This document shows, one piece after another, positions 25,306 through 39,606 of a stretch of DNA of 64,000 bases. Within the stretch, counting starts at the first letter, position 1. Each line of letters begins with the position of its first letter. Where the stretch lies: positions 119,786,001 to 119,850,000 of the forward strand of contig CM059432.1 of the NCBI GenBank assembly GCA_030390025.1, written 5' to 3'. Source of the stretch: Squalus acanthias. Its lineage: Eukaryota. Under the pieces are notes generated by a model, which worked only from the letters and a program-made list of their open reading frames with translations, had not been told where the DNA came from and made no database searches. The position numbers were made by a program, and so were the translations under genes.

Positions 25306-25464
25306 CATCAGCTCCCCCCCCCCCATTCAGCGCTAAGCCAATCAGCAGCGCGTTTATCGCTGAGATCAGCGCTCCAATCAGGCAGCACAAATTTTGCGAG
25401 CTGCCTGGACCACTTTCAACAGGCGCAGGCAAATAGCACTGGCTCTTGACACAATTTATGGGCC

Positions 25465-26242
25465 ATAGTCTTCAATCCCCGCCACAATCTCCATACCCTA
25501 GCCACTGACTCCATCCCCCTCCCTGGCCACTGTTTGAGGGTGAACCGGACTGTTCGCAACCGTGCTGTTTTATTTGACCCGAGATGAGCTTCCGACGCCA
25601 TATTTTCTCCATCACTAAGACCGCCTCTGTAATATCACCCATATCTGCCCCTGCCTCATCTCAACGGCTGCTAAAACCCTCATCCATTACCTCCTGATTC
25701 GATTATTCCAATGCTCACCTGGCCAGCCTCCAACCTTCCACCCTCTGTCAACTTGAGCTCCTCCAAAATTCTGCTGCCCGTATCCTAACACACACCAAGT
25801 CCTGTTCAGCCATCATCCCTGTGCTCACTGACCTACATTGGATCCTGGTCCGGCAACACCTCGATTTTAAAATTCTCATCTATGTGTTCAAATCCCTCCA
25901 TGGCCTCACCCCTCCCTATCTCTGAAACCTCCTCCAGCCCTACAACCCTCCGAGATCAATGCACTCCTTCTTGCGCCTTCCTGATTTTCATCACTCCACC
26001 ATTGTGGCCGTGTCTTCAGCTGCCTTGGCCCAAAGCTCTGGAATTCCCCATCTAAATCTTTTTGCCTCTCTACCTCTCTCCCCTCCTTCAATACGCTTCT
26101 TAAAATCTACCTCTTTAACCTGTCCTACTATCTCTTTATGTGGCGCAGCGTCAAATTTTGTTTGATAACGCTCCTGTGAAGGCCTTTGGGACATTTTTAC
26201 TACATTAAAGGTGCTATATAAATGCAAGTTATTGTTGTTGTT
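25465..26242 (+). mobile_element. L2 LINE 3' part (continuation of 11950-13051)
   Basis: DSIPLPGH..VRN..LFDPE; LQNSAARIL; 3' end TGCTATATAAATGCAAG(TTG)n. Confidence 0.88.
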
Positions 26243-27346
26243 GCTTCATATATCAATGTAGTAAACAGAAAGCCTCACTCCTGCTCTCTCTCCCACATTT
26301 ATAGTAACTGTTTATATACTCCATCCATTAAATATTGAGGTCAGTTTTCAAGTCCACATTTGTGTGTGGGGAACCTGGGCCGCTGGCAACGCATATTAGT
26401 AGGTCCCTTCCACTCTGAACTCATAAAATTACCCCCGCTGCTCCAATTAAATTCTTTCAGATGAGACGTTAAACTGAGTTTATGTCCTCCTGAACATGGA
26501 CATAAAATTATTCGAAGAAGAACAGGGTGTCCTGGCCAACTTTTGTCCCTCAGTAAACATTACCAAACGAGATTAACTGGTGAGTATCTCATTGCTGTTT
26601 GTGGGATCTTGCTGTATGTAAACTAGCTGCCATGTTTGTCTAATCTTCAAAAGTACTTCATTCATTGTGGAACACTTTGGGCCTTGAGAATGTGTAAGAC
26701 ACCATATAAATGCAAGCTCTTCTTTTTCTAAAGTAGCTTTCAGTAATCTAAGGAACTTTGCACTCATAATTATATTTTAAGACAAAATTAAAAATGAATG
26801 ATAATCTTATTTTTTAAATGTACACTTGAGCTCCTGCAGTTTGGAGTTTCATCTGGACAAAAATAGAAGGTTACATCACATCACATCTCAACCAACATAA
26901 TCACATTATATCAGGCTTTAAATCAGGAGGTTTTTTTCTCATTTCTTTTTACTTAAAAAGGGAGATTTGTTATGGTCACCTTAGCTCTCTGTTGTATAGG
27001 CACACCTCCTCCATTGTGCTCATTTATTAGAGTAGGTCATGATGTGGACATAAGAAAGTATGAGATGAGAAAAGGTAATTTGACCTTTTGAGCCTCCTGT
27101 TTCCAATAGATCATGAACAATTTACACTGCCAGGGCTTCTTTCTAACTGATCTAATTGCTTGAGGGAGGAAAAGAAACCAAAGTCAAAACATTCAAGGAA
27201 AGAAACACACAGTTCTGGCACTTCTTTCTTTGAGAACCTTGGTGAAAAAGTACATGGTCCTGAAATTTCACACGGGTTCTGCTGGTGGGACCCTCAGAGA
27301 AGTAGTGTTGATGGCTGAAGATGTCCATTTATGCCTTTTCTCTCAG

Positions 27347-27416
27347 GGTTTCACTAGTCTCCCATCAAAGTTATGGTGGCAAATTGGGACAACCCCTGTG
27401 GAAATTCAGGGCCCAT
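27347..27416 (+). other. Candidate 70-nt host exon
   Basis: TGCCTTTTCTCTCAG acceptor and CAT|GTGAGT donor; two open frames; no recognisable protein. Confidence 0.2.
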
Positions 27417-28207
27417 GTGAGTAAAAAGTGTTGTACTGTTGGCAGATAGCGCCACTGTACAATTCATCCATGTTTAGAACATTTATATCATCCAGAAACA
27501 ATATTAAAAAAGGTCAGTGTAAAGCAAGAAAACTCTAAATTTTACTTATTAATGCTTTTTTAAAAGTCAAAAGTGATTAATTTGTGCATTTCATAATTGC
27601 AGAGTTAAATCAAAAGGTAAGTATTTTACTTCATGTAAGCCCTTGTGTTAGTAAATTTAATGAAGAGAAGCACTTAGTAGTATGGCATACAAGGAGCAGC
27701 AGCTGGCTGTTGTACAAAGTGCAGCTGTACAGTATGCCGGGGGAGAGAAACAATGATCAGGGAGCACTGGGGACTTGTCAAAGCATCTAGTAAGGTGGGC
27801 AGGGAAGCCAAGAGGTTGTCCAAATTATTTACACACTTTTAATGGCAGCTTTCCCCTTCGCACCCATTTCAAACAGGCGCTGTGTGGCTGAAGCTCTGCT
27901 CCGTCACTCTAACCGCATTATGGGACAGCCACCTGATCTACGTCAAGTCAGAGGCCTGACAAGCCTAACGCACAGTATGTATGCAGGGTCCCAGCCCTCT
28001 GTTACACTTTCTGCCCACGTTGGGCATCTCTGGCATGTTGTAGGCCTCAGTATCGGGCCACTGCACCCAATAATACAGGGAGCAAGCTCCTGCTGTCATA
28101 TTATGTGCCCCACAGTGTAGTTTGTTATCGATAGGTACGGTTATCCTTATGCATCTACAATTGATTTTATAAGCAGATGCCCAGTCAACTTCTTGTTAAG
28201 GGAGTTA

Positions 28208-29708
28208 GGTGAAAAATTCAGTGGCGCCACCTTTGGGGCACTAACGTCGCCAACGCCCCAAAAAAGTTAGCGCCCCTGCGCTGTAAGTTCAGTAGTAGTA
28301 CCCCAAGCAGGAGGCAGGGTGCTACTGGAAGTGCTCCCCCTCCTTTTTGGGGCACTACCAGTGAATTTTGCGGCGCAACGTGCAACAGCGCCAGGCGCGT
28401 TGGCACATAGCGCCGCGTCATTGCAGGCCTCCCTCCCCCGATTAAAGGGGAGGGGCCTAGCGTTGCGTGCACTGGGGCCCTGCTGGACCACTGGGGAGTG
28501 CGGTGCCGGGAAAACAGCCCGGCACTCAAGAGGAATGCCGGGCTGAGCGATCGCGGCCGGCACCCCGCATAACAAAGGGGAGTGGGGGCAGGTGCTGGCA
28601 GTCAGCCAAAAAAAATGGCCGCCCAACACTTGCCCTTTAAGTAGCGCCGCCACAGCTACAAAAATGCCACCCTGACCCTGTCAGACATATCGGGCTGGAT
28701 TTTGATACTGGGGCGGGTTGGGGTCGTGTCATCCGCATTTCGTGTTATCCACCCGTCTGCAATTGGATGTGGGAGATTGATGCAATTTTCACTTAATTGG
28801 GCAATTGAGTTCCAGCATATGGGAACCCATGAACCAATTAGTGGTTTCAGTCTGAAAGTCGCCTCTGATGATGTCATCATTGCTGCTGCATTGAAGGCTT
28901 TCAGACACTGCCTGGTCTCAGACACTGCCTGGCCTTTGCTGTGAGAGGACCTGGATGCAAAATGAGCAGCATCTCAGAGAGAGAGAGAGAGAGAGAGAAT
29001 TTTTTTTGCAACCAAGTCCTCCCAGGCAGTCTCTGAAGACATTCAATGCAGCAGCATCAGAGGCGACTTTCAGACCTAATACTACTACCTTCACACATCT
29101 CCGTTGTAATAGTGGACCTGCAGCTGATAGTCAGCTATCCACTTGTGCTCCCGCCAGGTTTCACTGGCGTGTTTCACATCAGGCGTGCTTCACGTCGGAA
29201 AAGGGTTAAACTAGCTAAAACATTTCAAAATGGCATTACAGAGCCAAAGTAGGGCTTGTTAAGGGCTTTAATGGCCTTTCCCGCCTCTTGGAGGCGGGAC
29301 GGAGTCGGGAACCCCGCGACCGATTTTGTCAAAATTGCGTGGAGGCGGAATGGAGTCGGGATGGGGTCGGGACCCCGGATCTGCAACTTTAACCCCCCAC
29401 ACGCCTCCAAACCCGACTCCACGGGTCATTGAAAATCCAGCCCATCGTCCGGTGATAGGTCAGGGGGCGCAACTCAAGATTGCAGCTGGGGCGTGAGCGG
29501 GGCACTGCACACAGAGATGACGTCATCGCCAGCGGCGCTGTGCTGCGTGGCGCTACCGGCTACCGCCGTCGCTAACCTCCCACTAAATTTCGCGTGAGGT
29601 GTTAGCAGCGCCGGCACCCAGGCATTAGGGGCTTTGCGCCCCATTACCGCCCCCCCCCCCCCCCTGGGGGTGCTAACGGCAGGCGCAAAGCAACCCAATT
29701 TTTCCCCC
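28208..29708. mobile_element. Harbinger-type MITE containing a second MITE
   Basis: GGTGAAAAATT / AATTTTTCCCCC termini, TSD TTA. Confidence 0.75.
28692..29443. mobile_element. Nested MITE sharing the TIR of Harbinger C
   Basis: Perfect 12-bp TIR GGGCTGGATTTT / AAAATCCAGCCC; TSD ATC. Confidence 0.88.
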
Positions 29709-32459
29709 TTAGTCTTTCTAGTCCACATAGGGACAAATTAATGAATAGAAAAATCATGCCATGATGAACTGGTCATACTGACCTCCATGCCTGAATTCCT
29801 GATATGTGCTCCCGTCATGGAAAGCACTGTGCTGGGAGCACACATTTGTAAAATTTACTCCATGGTGCCATCACCCCTGATAGGTGTCTGTTCTACATGT
29901 GTAATAATCTGTCTAGTCTTTGGCATTGCCGGAGGATTATTAATTTAGTATTCATACCCTTTAGTCCTGTGACCATATTTGAAACTAAAAGCCTTGCTTG
30001 TAGCTAGTTTATCTTGTTGCCGTTCTTCATTTCTTCCTTTTTACCTATGCATCAACACTCAAACTGATAAAAAATATTTTTACTGCAATCAATCAGATAA
30101 AAACTACAATAGAATCCTGTCATATACAAATAGGCCAGGATGGACAAAAAAGGGTTTCATAAATTGAGATAGATTGCTAAGTAAAAGACAAAAGTGGGGC
30201 ATGCTAACAGTCTCCATATATCCTGGCATTGCTAGGAATTTCCTTTCTATAGGTTGAACTGTGCGCCCAATGCTAATAGCACATTTTGATTTTGGATCTA
30301 TTTGATGAGTGCTGTTTGATTGACAAAATCTGTGTGAACTCACAACAGCACATGATGATACATATTCACAGCAAGCGTCAAAGTATTGTCCAATTAAACT
30401 CCCGTGAATCTTCATTTTATTTTTCCTCCTTAAAAATGTTTGCTTTCTCCTTTGTGATTCCTCATCAGCATCTGTATTTATCCTCTTAAATCCTAAGTAT
30501 AGTAAGGAGGCAAAGGTACTGCAAATTCCTTCAACTACAATGCTGCCATTTGATTGAGGAGCACAAGCCTGGCAAGTGATAAGCATGTCTTGGAGGGGCA
30601 TTGGGTTGCGTTCAGGGGCAATTTGGCTCCCATCTTCCATCTCATGTTAGCCTGGCCCATGCTGTAGTGATTATTATTCATGAGCTGGAGTGTTCTCCTC
30701 AAGTTTGTAACACCCCTTAAGCAAGTAAAATTTGGACAACCGATTAATTCTCCTACGATATGCTCCCACAAGTACCCTAGAATCCAAATGAGCAATGATG
30801 CCATCGGCATATAAACCAATGTAGAAAGAAGAGAGAAATAAGGTGAAGTACTTGTGTCCATAATTTTACCTAAACACTCCTGACTTATTTTGTGCTCAAT
30901 TTTTCCACTGAAAGTGCTTCCTGATTTGTGAAACTTCTTCATTAAAATTGTAACAGGAGGAATTTCACTTTCCCCTTCACCTTACTCTATCCTGAACCAG
31001 TGTCTCGTTTTATTTTCAGATGGAATAAATATGAATTCTGCTTTCTTATTCTTTGTGACTGGTTACCGGCATCTCATGAGGTAGCAGTTATATGTCATAC
31101 TACCAAGATCATATAATAAGCTCATTTATATGTAGGCTGATGTTTCACTGAGGAGAATTATTTTTCTAATCTCATTGATATGAATGCCACTGCCATTGCC
31201 ACTATAGAAAGCACATTTTCTGATGCAATTGTCAGTTGATGTACTGGCTGTGACTGAAACACTCCTCACTTTAGACCAGTAAAAATGTACTTCTAAAGGG
31301 TTAGTTAATAACATTTTGTTACAGGAAAATAAATGGTCATTTAAAAAATAAACCACAGAGCAAGGTGACATAGAATGTATTTAACATTTGCACCGACTAA
31401 ATTGATTAACTTGCAGGCAATGCCTCCCTTATATAAGCACAGAGGATACTGGATAGCTCGACATGGATTCATGGATTACATGGCAGTAATCCAATCAAAG
31501 GGTTCATACGCTATCACAAACCACAAGAAAGAATCTCATGCAATTTGTTTACTGTCTGAGAGCCACAACTGGATTACAGTCAATAATCCTCTGACAATGG
31601 TAATATGGGACCTCACGGGAAAGAGGGCTGAGATATTGGACCTCATTTGGATGCCGAATTACAGCAGGATTCACCGTTTTACACATATTAAAACATTATA
31701 CATCACTCTGTGTTATGTGGGATCTTTTGCTCTTTTAAAATCAGGTGTATAGGTAAAACGGGAAGCAATGTCGGTTGCAGACAGCAATGTATTCTTATCT
31801 TTGCATTTGAGGATTCTTAGAGAAGCAATTCAACCTGAAAGTTCTGCTATCAGACCTAATTCTGCTTCTTCCCACAAACTTAAATGATGTATAATTTGGT
31901 TCTTGGTCTAGACAAAGCTAGCTGCCCTCAGGTTTATTTTATCAGACCCTCTCATTAATTTCAATTCCCAAAGTAGAAAATGCATTCATTAAAGCCAGGA
32001 ATACCTTATAATGCTTGCAGTCTCAACTGAAAAGAATAATTAGGACCCTGGAGAGCTTTACTGAATGAAAGCATTTAGTTTTATTTAGCAAATAATAAGA
32101 GCAATTTAGTTTCATTTCGCAGGAGCGTAACATGTATTTTTTTGTTGGCAAATAAGATTTGCGGTAATTTTAATTGGGTTGCAATCACCGTATGCAATAT
32201 TTATAATGAATGATTTAAATAGTTCATACGAAACTCCTTTGTCCAGCTATTTTGGTCCTTTTTACTGTTTAATCTGTTTATTTTAATACGTTTATCAGCA
32301 ATATTGCACAGCGCGATTTCAACTATTATGTGTTGCTATTTAAACAAGTGAATTATAAAGGACAGAGGCTTGTTTTTGTTATATTCTTCTGTATAATGTG
32401 CACTTACTGTAAGGGTCACACTTACATCTGGTAACATTTTCTACATCGCACTTTATGGA

Positions 32460-33740
32460 TAATAACAACAACCTACATTTAGATAGCATAGAAAAACATC
32501 CCAAGGCACTACACAGAGACGTAATCAAACAAACAAAAATGCTAAGGCAAAGAAGGAATTATTAGAAGTAACGAAAAAGTTGGTCAAAGAGGTTAGTTTT
32601 AAGGAGGATCCCAAAACAGGAGAGAAAGGAAGAGAGGGAGATGGAGTGGAGGAGGAGTTTAGGGAAGAAATTCCAGAGCGTGGGGTATAGATGACTGACG
32701 AAGGAAAGGGCAGATACTCAAGAGGCCAGAGCCTGAGGAATGGAGAGTTTGGGGGGTGGGTGGTGGGTGGGTTGTAGGGCTAGAGGAGGCAACAGAGATG
32801 GAGTGAGGCCAGATAGGGATTTAAACACATGTATGAGAATTTCAAAATTTGTGGCATTGGGGGACCGGGATACCATGCAAGTCAGTGAGGACATGGGTGA
32901 TGCGTGAGCAAGACTTGGTGCGGGATAGGACACCAGTAGCAGAGCTTCGGATCAGCTGAAATTTATGGAGGGTGGAGGATGGGAGGCTGGCCAGGAGAGC
33001 ATTGCAATAGTCAAGTCTGGAGGTGACAAAGGTAGGGATGAGAGTTTCAGCAGCAGATGTGCTGAGGTGGGGTTGAGGCAGAGGATTTTACAGAGGTGCA
33101 AGTGGTGGTCTTTGTGAAAGGGAGAATGTGGGGTTGAAAGCTCAGCTTGGGGTTGAATAGGATACCAAGGTTGTGGCTTGTGAACAGTCTAATTTGGCTT
33201 GAAACAGTTGTTGAGGAGGGGGATGGAATTGATGTAGTTTATGGTAGGGCTGAAAAAATAGCTTTGGTTTTCTCAATATTTAACTCAAGGAAATTGTGTC
33301 TCATCCAAAACTGGATATTGGACAACAGTCTGACAATATAGAGGCAGTGGAAGGGGCGCGAGAGGTAGTGGAGAGATAGAGCTGGTTGTCGTCAGCATAC
33401 ACGTGGAAACTCACCCCATGTCTGCAGATGATGTCGCCAAGAGGCAGCATATAAATGAGTAAGTGCAGGGGGGATCAAGGGTAGATCCTTGGGAGACTCC
33501 AGAAATAACAGTGCGGGAGCAGGAAGACAAGCCATTGCTGGAGATGCTCTGGCTACAATTGGATAGGTAAGAGTGGAGCCAATTGAGGGCAGTCCCACTC
33601 AGCTGGACAATGCCAGAAGATGGTGTGGTTGACCGTGCCAAAGGCTGCAGAGAGGTTGAGAAGGATGAAGAGGAATTATGCACCACAGTCACAGTCACAG
33701 AGGATGTAATTTGTGACTTTGGATAAGGCTTTCTAGTAGG
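32460..33740 (-). mobile_element. L2 LINE, degenerate
   Basis: ALNWLHSYLSN, SGVSQGS; L2-type tail at left. Confidence 0.8.
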
Positions 33741-33779
33741 TCGACTCCCCTATTGTTACCAAACAGGAGGGATGATTTT

Positions 33780-34390
33780 AATTGTTGGTCATGGTCTAGT
33801 TGCCCTTGAGAAGGTGGTGGTGGTGGGCCTTCTTCTGGATGCTGCATTCCAGCAGGTGAAGGTGCTTGCACAACGCTGTTAGGAAGGGAGTTCGTGGATT
33901 CTGACCTAGTGACAATGAAGGAACGGTGATATATGTCCAAGGCAGGATGGTGTGTGACTTGGAAGGGAACTTGGAGGTGGTGGTGTACCCTGCTGCCCTT
34001 GTCCTTGTCATTCTAGATGGTGGAGATGGCATGTTCAGGAGGTGCTGGCGAAGAAGCCTTGGCGAGTTACTGCAATGCATCCTGTAGATAGTACACACTG
34101 CAGCCACTGTGTGCTAATGGTGGAGGGAATGAGTGTTTAAGCCAGTAAATGGTGCCGATCAAGCGAGCTGCTTTGTCCTGGATGGTGTCGAGCTTTTTGA
34201 GTGTTGTTGGAGCTGCACTCATCCAGGCAAGTGGAGAGTATTCCATCACTCTCCTGACTTGTGCCTTGTTGGTGGTGGAAAGGCTTTGGGGAATCAGGAG
34301 GTGAGCCACTCGCCGCAGAATACCCAGCCTCTGACCTGCTCTAGTAGCCATGGCATATATGTGGCTAGTTTAGTTTCTGGTCAATCTGTG
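33780..34390 (-). mobile_element. CR1-group LINE 3' fragment (same family as 3963-4970)
   Basis: MATRAGQRLGILRRVAHLL..MEYSPLAW. Confidence 0.85.
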
Positions 34391-34614
34391 GCAAGCAAGG
34401 GAGTGAATAATTGCATCTTTTTCTCTCTTTAGATACTCTGGACAGTGGAGAGTTGAATCCATCCCCTTCCCACCCACATCTCATGCTGAAGAATAATTAT
34501 GCATTCTACACACATATTCCAACATTTACAAAGCTGATTTGAATGCTCAAACTTGTGACATACTAGTTTATCACCCCAGTTACCTTATTGTTACCATGTT
34601 GAGGTTCACTTCAC

Positions 34615-37140
34615 TCATAGAATCAGAGTGTCATAGAATGATACAGCACAGAGGGAAGTTTGGCCCATCGTGCCTGTGCCAGCTAACAATTAATCCCAAT
34701 CCCCTGCCCTTTTCCCATAGCCCTGCAAACTTTTCACCTTCAAGTATTTATCCAATTCCCTTTTGAAAATTATTATTAAATCTACTTTCACCACCCTCTC
34801 AGGCAGTGCATTCCAGGTCATAATAACTCGCTGTGTAAAAAGAAAAATCTCCACATCTCGCCTCTGTTTTTTTTGCCAATCACCTTATATCTGTGTCCCT
34901 TGCTTAACAACCCTTCTGCCAATGGGAACAGTTTCTCCTTATTTACTCTATCAAAACCCTTCAAGATTTTGAACAGCTTTATTAAATCTCCCCTTAAACT
35001 TCTCTGCTCTAAGGAGAACAACCCCAGCTTCTCTAGTCTATCCACGTAACTGAAGCCTCACATCCCTGGTAACATTCTAGTAAATCTCCTTTGCACCCTC
35101 TTTAAGGCCTTGACATCCTTCCTAAAGTGTGGTGCCCAGAATTGGACACAATACTCTAGCAGGGGCCGAATCAATGATTTATAAAGGTTTAATACAACAT
35201 CCTTGCTTTTGTAATCTATGCTTCTGTTTATAAAGCCCAGGATCCCATATGCTTTTTAACAGCTTTCTCAACTTGCCCTGCTACCTTCAAAGGCTTTTGT
35301 ATGTGAAGCCCCCAGGTCTCACTGTTCCTGCACCTCTTTAATATTGTACCATTCCGTTTATATTGCCTCTCCTCATTCTTCCTACCATAATGCATCACTT
35401 CACACTTCTCTGCGTTAAATTTCATCTGCCACGTGCCTGCCCATTTCACCAGTCAGTGGATGTCCTCCTGGAGTCTGTTTCTACTCTCTTCACTTTTTAC
35501 TACATTTTTGAGTTTTGTATCATCTGCAAGCTGTGAAATTATGCCTCCTATACCCAAGTGCAGGTCATTAATATACATCAAAATGAGCAGTGGTCCTAAT
35601 ACTGACCCCTGGGGAACACCACTGCATACTTCCCTCCAGTCTGAAAAACAACCGTTCACCACTACTCTCTGCTTTCTGTCTCTTAGCCAATTTTGTATCC
35701 ACGCTGCCACTGTCACTTTAATCCCATGGGCTTTAATTTTGCAACAAATTCATTATGTGATAGTTTATCAAGCACCTTTTGAAATTCACAGCATCAACCA
35801 CACTACCTTCATCAACCCTCTCCATTACTTCATCAAATCCATTGGCAGGATAGGCGCACCAACGTCAGTGTTCTCGCTCAGGCCAACATCCCCATCATCG
35901 AAGCTTTGACCATGCTCGATCAGCTCCGATGGACAGGCCACATTGTCCACATGCCTGATACGAGACTCCCAAAACAAGCGCTCTACTCGGAGCTCTGACA
36001 CGGCAAGAGAGCCCCAGGTGGGCAGAGGAAATGCTTCAAGGGCACCCTCAAAGACTCCTTGAAAAAGTGCAACATCCCCACCGACACTTGGGAATCCCTG
36101 GTCCAAGACCGCACAAAGTGGAGGAGAAGCATCTGGGAAGGCGCCGAACACCTCGAGTCTCTTCGCTGGGAGCAAGCGGAAGCCAAGCACAAACAGTGGA
36201 AGGAGCGCATGTCAACCCAAGCACCCCACCCACCCACCCCTTCAACCACCGTCTGCCCCACCTGTGACAGAGACGGTAGGTCCCACATTGGACTCATCAG
36301 TCACCTGAGAACTCATTTTATGGTGGAAGCAAGTCATCCTCGGTTCCGAGGGACTGCCTAAGAAGAAGATTACTTCATCAAAGAACTCAATCAAGTTGGT
36401 CAAACATGATTTTCCTTTAACAAATCTGTGCCGGCTGTCATTTAATAACCCATATTTTTCCAAGTGACAATTAATTTTGTCTCGGATTATTGTCTCTGAA
36501 AGTTTCCCCACCACTGATTTAGGCTGACTGGCCTGCAGTTGCCGGGTTTATTCCTCTCCCCTTTTTTGAACAGGGGTGTAGCTTTTGCAATCCTCCAGTG
36601 CTCTGGCACTACTGCCATAACGAAGGAGGAGTGAAAGATTGCGGCCAGAGCCTCCGTTATCTCCAGCCATACTCCCTCAGCAACCTAAGATGCATCTCAT
36701 CTGGACCAGTTTACTTTTCTACTTTGAGCGCTGCTATCCTTTTAAGTTCCTCTTCTTTACTATTTTTATAAGATCCAATTTCTCTACTACCTCCTCTGTT
36801 ACTGTGACATTGGCAGCATCCTCTTCTTTAGTGAAGACAGATGCAAAATTCTCATTTAGTACCTCAGCTATGCTTTCTGCCTCCACAAGAAGATCTCCGT
36901 TTTGATCCCTAATCATCCCCACCCTTAATTTGACTACTCTTTTACTATTTATATGTTTATAAAAGATTTTTGGGTTGACTTTTATGTTAACGCTGATCTA
37001 TTCTCATACACTCTCTTTACCCTTCTTATTTCCTTTTTCAGTTCTCCTCTGTACTTTCTGTATTCAGTTTGGTTCTCTACTGTATTATGAGCCTGACATT
37101 TATCATAAGCCTCTTTTCCTATTTCATTTTAATCTCTTAT
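34615..37140 (-). mobile_element. CR1 LINE ORF2 remnant interrupted by RTE
   Basis: [38 protein letters not shown]. Confidence 0.88.
35838..36368 (+). mobile_element. 5'-truncated RTE (BovB-like) LINE
   Basis: TWESLVQDRTKWR, terminal CPTC..H..H, (AAG)n tail; 14-bp TSD ATTACTTCATCAAA (35824-35837, 36369-36382). Confidence 0.9.
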
Positions 37141-38451
37141 AGCCTAGAGTTTCCGTTAGTTTGCGCTGGTTAAACCAGCACAATTTGCCTGAAATCATCC
37201 AAACCAGCTTAAAGGATCGTGGAATTTTAAGCACAAGTTACATCCAGTGTAAACCGGCCCCGCCCACAACACTGTCCACGCGATTTCCTGATATGTGCTT
37301 TTGGTGGGCGAGGAACAGTATTCCAAGCGTGCACCTGGGAAATCAGCACTATTGAATTTGACTTCTCCACAGTCAAATTGGGGATCTAAACACAGATCAG
37401 CAGAAGATTAGTGGAAACCTAGTTTACACGCGTACACAGGGTTTCCGCCAATCTTCCACTCAAGTCACGGCAGACGATTGAGAAGAACCTCAGGAGGAAA
37501 TTCCTAGTGAAATTATGCAAATATTATTAAAGTGACAGTACCAGTCACCAACACTTGGGCTCTGTTAAGATAAGTTATTTTGCAACATCACAATCTGTGC
37601 ATACATTCATGTTCAGACATCTTTTTTGGGTTGCCAATTTGAATGCTGTATTAGTCAAATTTAATAGTGCTGATTTTCCAAGTGCACCCTCAGAGTAGTT
37701 CCTTGCCCACCAAAAGCATGTATGAAAAATCGCAGGTGGGCTCCCCATTAATTCCATCTGCTTTTCTCCTCCCCCACCCATGCTACAGTTAATATTCAAC
37801 ACAAATTTTGTTTCCATGCAGCAAGACATTTCCTTTTGATCAGCATTTATCAAGTGTCATATGTCTACAGCTATTTACCTACGTTTTGCATCAGGACTGT
37901 AGCTCATTAGACAGAAAGAACCTCATTTATACATCATCTTATTGCATGATATTATTGAGACCCAATGTAAAGCAGTAATGAAAAAATATGAGACATATTT
38001 GAAAGTGATCTTCTCAAGTCTTTATAACAAGTGTGCACTGAGGTTAATCAAACGCACACATGTTTATGCAAAGAAAATTGTAAATGAGGCACTATGTCAT
38101 GTAAAAAAACAGTGTTGAGACACTTCAGAGAAAACTTACTCCATCAGAAACCTGCATTTCAAACAATGATGAGTTTGTTAAGTTGGTCTTTGCTGTAACT
38201 CATTTGTCAGTAAGATAAAGGATGATTCAAGGAATGTAAACTACACACAGAAGGCTTCATATATCAGTCTCTATCTGTAATAAATTAAGTGAAATACAAA
38301 CGTGAAATTATATACCATCATTATTAGTCTTGTATTGTTGGATAGATTTTCAAAATGATTTGAAGAATTATGTCCTTTTTCCAATGCTGTTCAGCCGACC
38401 ATAAAATGTCTGCATTCTGGATGGATGTTCTCAGGTTGATTAAAGCTATTA

Positions 38452-38859
38452 TATAGAAACATAGAAACATAGAATCTAGGAGCAGGAGTAGGCCATTCGG
38501 CCCGTCGAGCCTGCTCCGCCATTCAATACGATCATGGCTGATCATCCAAATCCAGTACCCTGTCCCTGCTTTAATCCCCACAGTACACATATCCCACCCT
38601 ACCCCCGTAACCCCACGTATTTAATTCCCCCTAACATATCCCATCCTATCCCCATAACCCCACATATTTAATCCCCCCTAACACTAAGGGTCAATTTATC
38701 ATAGCCAAATCAACCTAACCCACACATTTTTGGACTGTGGGAGGAAACCGGAGAACCCGGAGGAAACCCACGCAGACACGGGGAGAATGTGCAAACTCCA
38801 CACAGACAGTCACCCGAGGTCAGATTCGAACCCGGGTCTCTGGCGCTGTGAGGCACCAG
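38452..38859 (-). mobile_element. V-SINE (HE1-like), near-identical to 22751-23182, lacking the extreme 5' end
   Basis: Direct sequence match by eye. Confidence 0.88.
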
Positions 38860-39606
38860 GGAGTCACCATTCTACATTCATAGCTTAATTTCTAATTCAC
38901 CTTTAGACTTCTATAATCAAACTGATAATTTTATTGGTTGACGGGAAATTAAACCTATCTTCCAAAAATATGACATATATGTGGTATACATTGGTAAACA
39001 ATGGCTCCAGCGCAGATCCCTTCAGGACACCACTTCCCGCTTTCTGGCAATCTGCAAAACTTTCCGTAACTCTTACCCTTTGTTTGCTGTTTTGTAGCCA
39101 TCTTTCAATCCATTCTGCTACTTGACCTTGACTCCACACACGCTGACCTTTGTCATGAGTCTCTTATGTAGCACCTTCTGAAAGTCCTATCTACTCTTTA
39201 TTACTTCTTCAAATAATTCAATAATGTTAGTTAAACATGACCCTCCTTGTAGAAATCCATTCTCAGTTGTTAGATATTTTATTATCTGAGATTTTAGTGA
39301 AGATTCTAGTATCATTCTGACCACTGACATTAAGCTAACTGATCTATAGGGCTGGATTTTCTGTCCGAGGCGGGTTCGCTGTTTAGCGGGTTCCTGACCC
39401 GCTGCCAGTTGTATCTGCAATGAGATAATGATTTTCAGTAGATTGGGCTTATTAATCCCGCTGTGCACGTTACCCAGCCCAATCAGTGGGTGCGGGTCTG
39501 CAGCTCGCCTTTGATGACGTCTTTGAAGCAGTTGTATTTAAGGGGGCCATGTACCCTTTGGCTTTCATTTACATTTTGATGCTCCTGAGTGCTGCTGTTT
39601 GCCGAG

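Larger units (their letters stand above)
13052..25464 (+). mobile_element. Harbinger copy B: transposase (+, ~13530-14666) and Myb/SANT-partner gene remnants (-, ~15000-15990 and 21781-22022), heavily nested
   Basis: TIRs GGCCTAGAAATT / AATTTATGGGCC; flanking L2 rejoins (GCC ATx GTC TTC); 25322-25429 aligns to the subterminal region of copy D. Confidence 0.85.

Noticed and set aside
25416..25601. Minus-strand ORF (AHLG...W...C) resembling the integrase HHCC zinc finger
   Set aside because: The DNA is the Harbinger B terminus plus plus-strand L2 that continues from 13051; the resemblance is coincidental.
30104..30942. Two long minus-strand ORFs in unique DNA (faint hAT-dimerisation-like IERKF)
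   Set aside because: No convincing domain or splice structure; would need an HMM search to rescue.
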